DNA from: an uncultured archaeon
GTDB taxonomy: Archaea > Thermoproteota > Bathyarchaeia > Bathyarchaeales > Bathycorpusculaceae
Assembly: GCA_963810275.1 (NCBI GenBank)
Contig: CAWENF010000014.1
Span: 32,001-96,000, forward strand
DNA length: 64,000 nt
Direction: 5' to 3'
How positions within the stretch are numbered: the stretch's first letter is position 1; every line of letters begins with the position of its first letter. The notes below the pieces were generated by a model. That model was given only the letters and a program-made list of their open reading frames with translations. It did not search any database and was not told the origin of the DNA. Made by a program: the position numbers and the translations under genes. Of the stretch, positions 61,168 through 64,000 are shown one piece after another.

Positions 61168-64000
61168 TAGGCTGCTGGCACCTCCGACGGGAACTTGGCA
61201 GTCACAACGTTAGAGATGCCGTGGCGTTCATAAACACCATACACTTTCTGAGCTTTGTTAACCATCTCCGGGCGGAGACTAATTACTATGAACTGGGTTT
61301 TATCCGCCTCATCACGCAATGTCTCAGCAAGTTTGGCGGTGTGATAAGCGTCCAAGTGGGCGTCCACCTCGTCAAGGATGTAGAAAGCCGCAGGTGAGAA
61401 TTCTTTTAGTGCGAAAATAAAAGCTACAGCCGAAATCGAGCGTTCCCCACCTGAGGCGCCGCTTACCACGATGCTGGGTTTGTCGGGAAATTGCACAAGC
61501 ATATCGATGCCGCCGGTGAATGGTTCATCAGGGTTCTCCAATTTCAGGGTGGCATTGCCGCCACCAGTCATCTTGTCAAAGTACAGGGTTAGGCTGGCGT
61601 TGATTTTGTCAAACGCAGTCATAAACACTTTGCGCTTTTTAGCTTCAATTTCATCCATAAAAGCGACTATGGCTTGTTTTTCTCGTTCCAACTCGTTTAA
61701 ACGTACGGACAGTTCCCGGTAACGGCTGATTTGATCCACGTAGTGGTCGGCGGCAAGTTGGTTGATAGCGCCTATACGGTCAAGCTCGAATTGCATCATA
61801 CGGATGGTGGTTTCTGCTGCTTGCACCTGTTGTGGCATAGTATCCAAGGGTTGCTCGTAGCCGTACTGGTTAAGCTGCGCCAACAGCTGCTGCAACCTTA
61901 GCTGGGCGGTTTCTAAAGAGACGTTAAGCTGGTTTTGGAGGCGATCTGCCTGCTCATATTCAGCGTCTAATGTGCGCAATTCGGCATCGATGACGTCGAT
62001 TTGGGAAGTAAACTTTTTAGCTTCTTCACGGGCGGACAACACAGCAGTGGATAATTCGACGCGTGTCTTCTCCAACTCGTTAGTCTCGATCTGCACGGCA
62101 TCCCGTTCGGCAGTGGCATCGGAGATTTCTTTTTGCAGCTTGGCCTGTTGTTGAGCAATCTTATCCACCTGAAGCTTAGCGTTCTTGTACCCGACACGTA
62201 GAACGTGGTCGAACTGGGATTGATTAGTGTTAATCTCCGTCTGCAACGAACCTATCCGTTGCCGAAGGGTGTTACCTTCTTCGCCGAGCTTTTCACGTTG
62301 CACTTCAAGCTCTTGGATGTGTGCCACGTCGGTTTTTAGCCGTAATACACCGATTTCTGTGTGAATTTTTTTGAGGCCGTTTTGGATGCTGTTGCGTTCG
62401 TTTCGGTAAACAGCCATACGCCCACGGAACGATTCGGCTTCACGCTGGAGTTTGTTGCCGTACTTGCCGATGTGGCGAATGTTTAGTTGGGTACGTTTGA
62501 CACCTCTGCGAACGCGGATGATTTCCCGTTCTAAGGTAGCGATGCCATCTTGAAGGCGGGTCATCTCGATTTTTGATTGTTCAAGCTCCTCGTCAATGGT
62601 TTCGATGTCTGTGCCACGTTGGGTAAGGTGGGTTTGAAGGGCCTTCACAGCTTCATCTAGGCTTTTAAGCGCCGATTCGCTAGGAATTATGGTGGAGAAG
62701 TCTATGGGAGCGCGGTAATAGCCGCTTTCAAACGCTCCGGGCTCATATAGGTCGCCGTTAACGGTTACGGCGCGATACCCCTCGTTTGATAATGCGAAAG
62801 CGGTTCTGTCATTGGAGACCACGATGGTGTCACCAAACACGTAGTTAACCGCCAAAGCATATTGACTGTCGTATTTCATGAAGCCTGAAATTACGCCTAT
62901 GACACCTTCCCGTTTGGGGTTGGACTTGTTCTTGAGGTTAATTGCGCCATGCAAGGGGATGATTTTGATTCTGCCCAATTTCATACGCCGAAGAGTCTCA
63001 GTGCATGTAAACGCTGTGTCAATGTCTTTTACGACGAGTGCGTCAAGCCAGCCTGTTGCAGCGGCTTCGATAGCTTTTTTAAAGCTACGGTCAATCTTGG
63101 TCAAACTACGCAGTCTACCGTGGATGCCGTTAATTGCGCCGACAGCCCCCATTTCCTCAACTGCACGCAGCGCCTTCTCTTCAGCCGCAATCGTCGCAGC
63201 CAAATCCCGCTGAGTAGCAAACTCGATGACGGCGTCTTTTGCACTTCCAGCAATTTTCTGCGCCTCAACAATCTCCCGCTCAACAGTCTCCTTCTGAATC
63301 TTTTTCTTCTCAATTATGTGTTCGAGGTTTTTTAGCTGCGCTTTCTGGTCGCACTGCACCTGCTCCAACTCGGAAAGGGACTTTTCGATTTCGGCGTGGC
63401 TTTGGACGAATTTTTCTTTGCGCACGTTGAGGTTTTTGAGTCTTCCAACGCAGAGCCGCAACGCCGCCTTATCCTGTTTGTATTCAGAACGCAAGAAAGC
63501 CAATCTGCGCACGTAGCCTTCAATTTGCCCTTCGAGGCGACGGATTTGCTGGTTGTTCCCTTCCAAGCCCTCCCAGAGCCCTGCGGTTTCCTTGGCGATA
63601 GCTTCATGCTGAGTCTGCTTCTCAGCAAGTTCAACATCAAGTTTAATAAGTTCGCTTCGGAGCTGCCGAATTTTAAGTCGGTTTTCCTTAATTTCGTTTT
63701 GCAAAGTCTGATGTTGGTTGATGTTATTTTCTCTCACACGCTTAAAGCTATCAAAGCTTGCTTGCCCCGAGTTGATTTTAGAGTTCAACTCTGTAAGTTT
63801 GCTTTTGAGTTCGCCGATTTTAATCTGAACCTTAAGAATTTCGCTACCACCCTGCTCTAGACCTTCGCCGCTGAGTTTACGCCAATCTCCCTCGATTTCA
63901 TGGCGTCGGTCACGGCGCAGGTCCCGATGCTCCCGCAGTTTATCCACTCGATCCTTGACTTTTACGGCTTGAGATGTAATTTCCTCGATTTTGGTGGATT
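61167..64000 (-). CDS. smc: Chromosome segregation protein SMC (5' part outside the window)
   Basis: Coiled coils, hinge (GIHGRLRSL, RAVTVNGDL), ASGGERS signature, ILDEVDAHLD; frame open to the window edge. Confidence 0.96.
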   Translation of the reverse strand, partial: STKIEEITSQAVKVKDRVDKLREHRDLRRDRRHEIEGDWRKLSGEGLEQGGSEILKVQIKIGELKSKLTELNSKINSGQASFDSFKRVRENNINQHQTLQNEIKENRLKIRQLRSELIKLDVELAEKQTQHEAIAKETAGLWEGLEGNNQQIRRLEGQIEGYVRRLAFLRSEYKQDKAALRLCVGRLKNLNVRKEKFVQSHAEIEKSLSELEQVQCDQKAQLKNLEHIIEKKKIQKETVEREIVEAQKIAGSAKDAVIEFATQRDLAATIAAEEKALRAVEEMGAVGAINGIHGRLRSLTKIDRSFKKAIEAAATGWLDALVVKDIDTAFTCTETLRRMKLGRIKIIPLHGAINLKNKSNPKREGVIGVISGFMKYDSQYALAVNYVFGDTIVVSNDRTAFALSNEGYRAVTVNGDLYEPGAFESGYYRAPIDFSTIIPSESALKSLDEAVKALQTHLTQRGTDIETIDEELEQSKIEMTRLQDGIATLEREIIRVRRGVKRTQLNIRHIGKYGNKLQREAESFRGRMAVYRNERNSIQNGLKKIHTEIGVLRLKTDVAHIQELEVQREKLGEEGNTLRQRIGSLQTEINTNQSQFDHVLRVGYKNAKLQVDKIAQQQAKLQKEISDATAERDAVQIETNELEKTRVELSTAVLSAREEAKKFTSQIDVIDAELRTLDAEYEQADRLQNQLNVSLETAQLRLQQLLAQLNQYGYEQPLDTMPQQVQAAETTIRMMQFELDRIGAINQLAADHYVDQISRYRELSVRLNELEREKQAIVAFMDEIEAKKRKVFMTAFDKINASLTLYFDKMTGGGNATLKLENPDEPFTGGIDMLVQFPDKPSIVVSGASGGERSISAVAFIFALKEFSPAAFYILDEVDAHLDAYHTAKLAETLRDEADKTQFIVISLRPEMVNKAQKVYGVYERHGISNVVTAKFPSEVPAA

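Noticed and set aside
1-64000. CRISPR array, transposase, integrase or prophage
   Set aside because: No regularly spaced repeats and no recognisable mobile-element proteins were seen.

Overview
Archaeal chromosomal segment, most likely Bathyarchaeia. This is inferred from the archaeal information-processing genes, SMC-ScpAB plus SepF, a tandem Lrp, and a large PQQ-type beta-propeller surface protein. Housekeeping content: cbf5, rpl14e, egsA, FKBP PPIase, aCPSF1-psmB, aIF5B, eno-rps2-MEMO, rps8e, srp19, gltX, smc-scpA-scpB, two tRNAs (Thr-UGU and intron-containing Ser-GGA), serine/glycine genes (class V aminotransferase-serA-DUF1015, glyA, a second serA with ACT domain), queT-queC, and a nearly complete lower archaeal (Aeropyrum-type) mevalonate/isoprenoid set (mvk, UbiD-type decarboxylase, AcnX large and small subunits, ipk, fni, GGPP synthase). 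Accessory stretches at about 25.7-31.2 kb and 33.5-43.1 kb carry orphans, regulators and decayed genes. Many genes, including essential ones, have single-base frameshifts, which suggests uncorrected long-read errors. The top candidate novelty is a compact pseudoknot-capable RNA leader that can sequester the ribosome-binding site of queT-queC, i.e. a possible archaeal preQ0/preQ1-type riboswitch. Other candidates are a 7-TM (3+1+3 repeat) membrane protein coupled to a wHTH regulator, DUF1015 in the serine operon, a Dph6-GATase pair, and a tRNA-Thr with non-canonical D- and T-loops. All calls come from reading the sequence and translations; no database searches were run.
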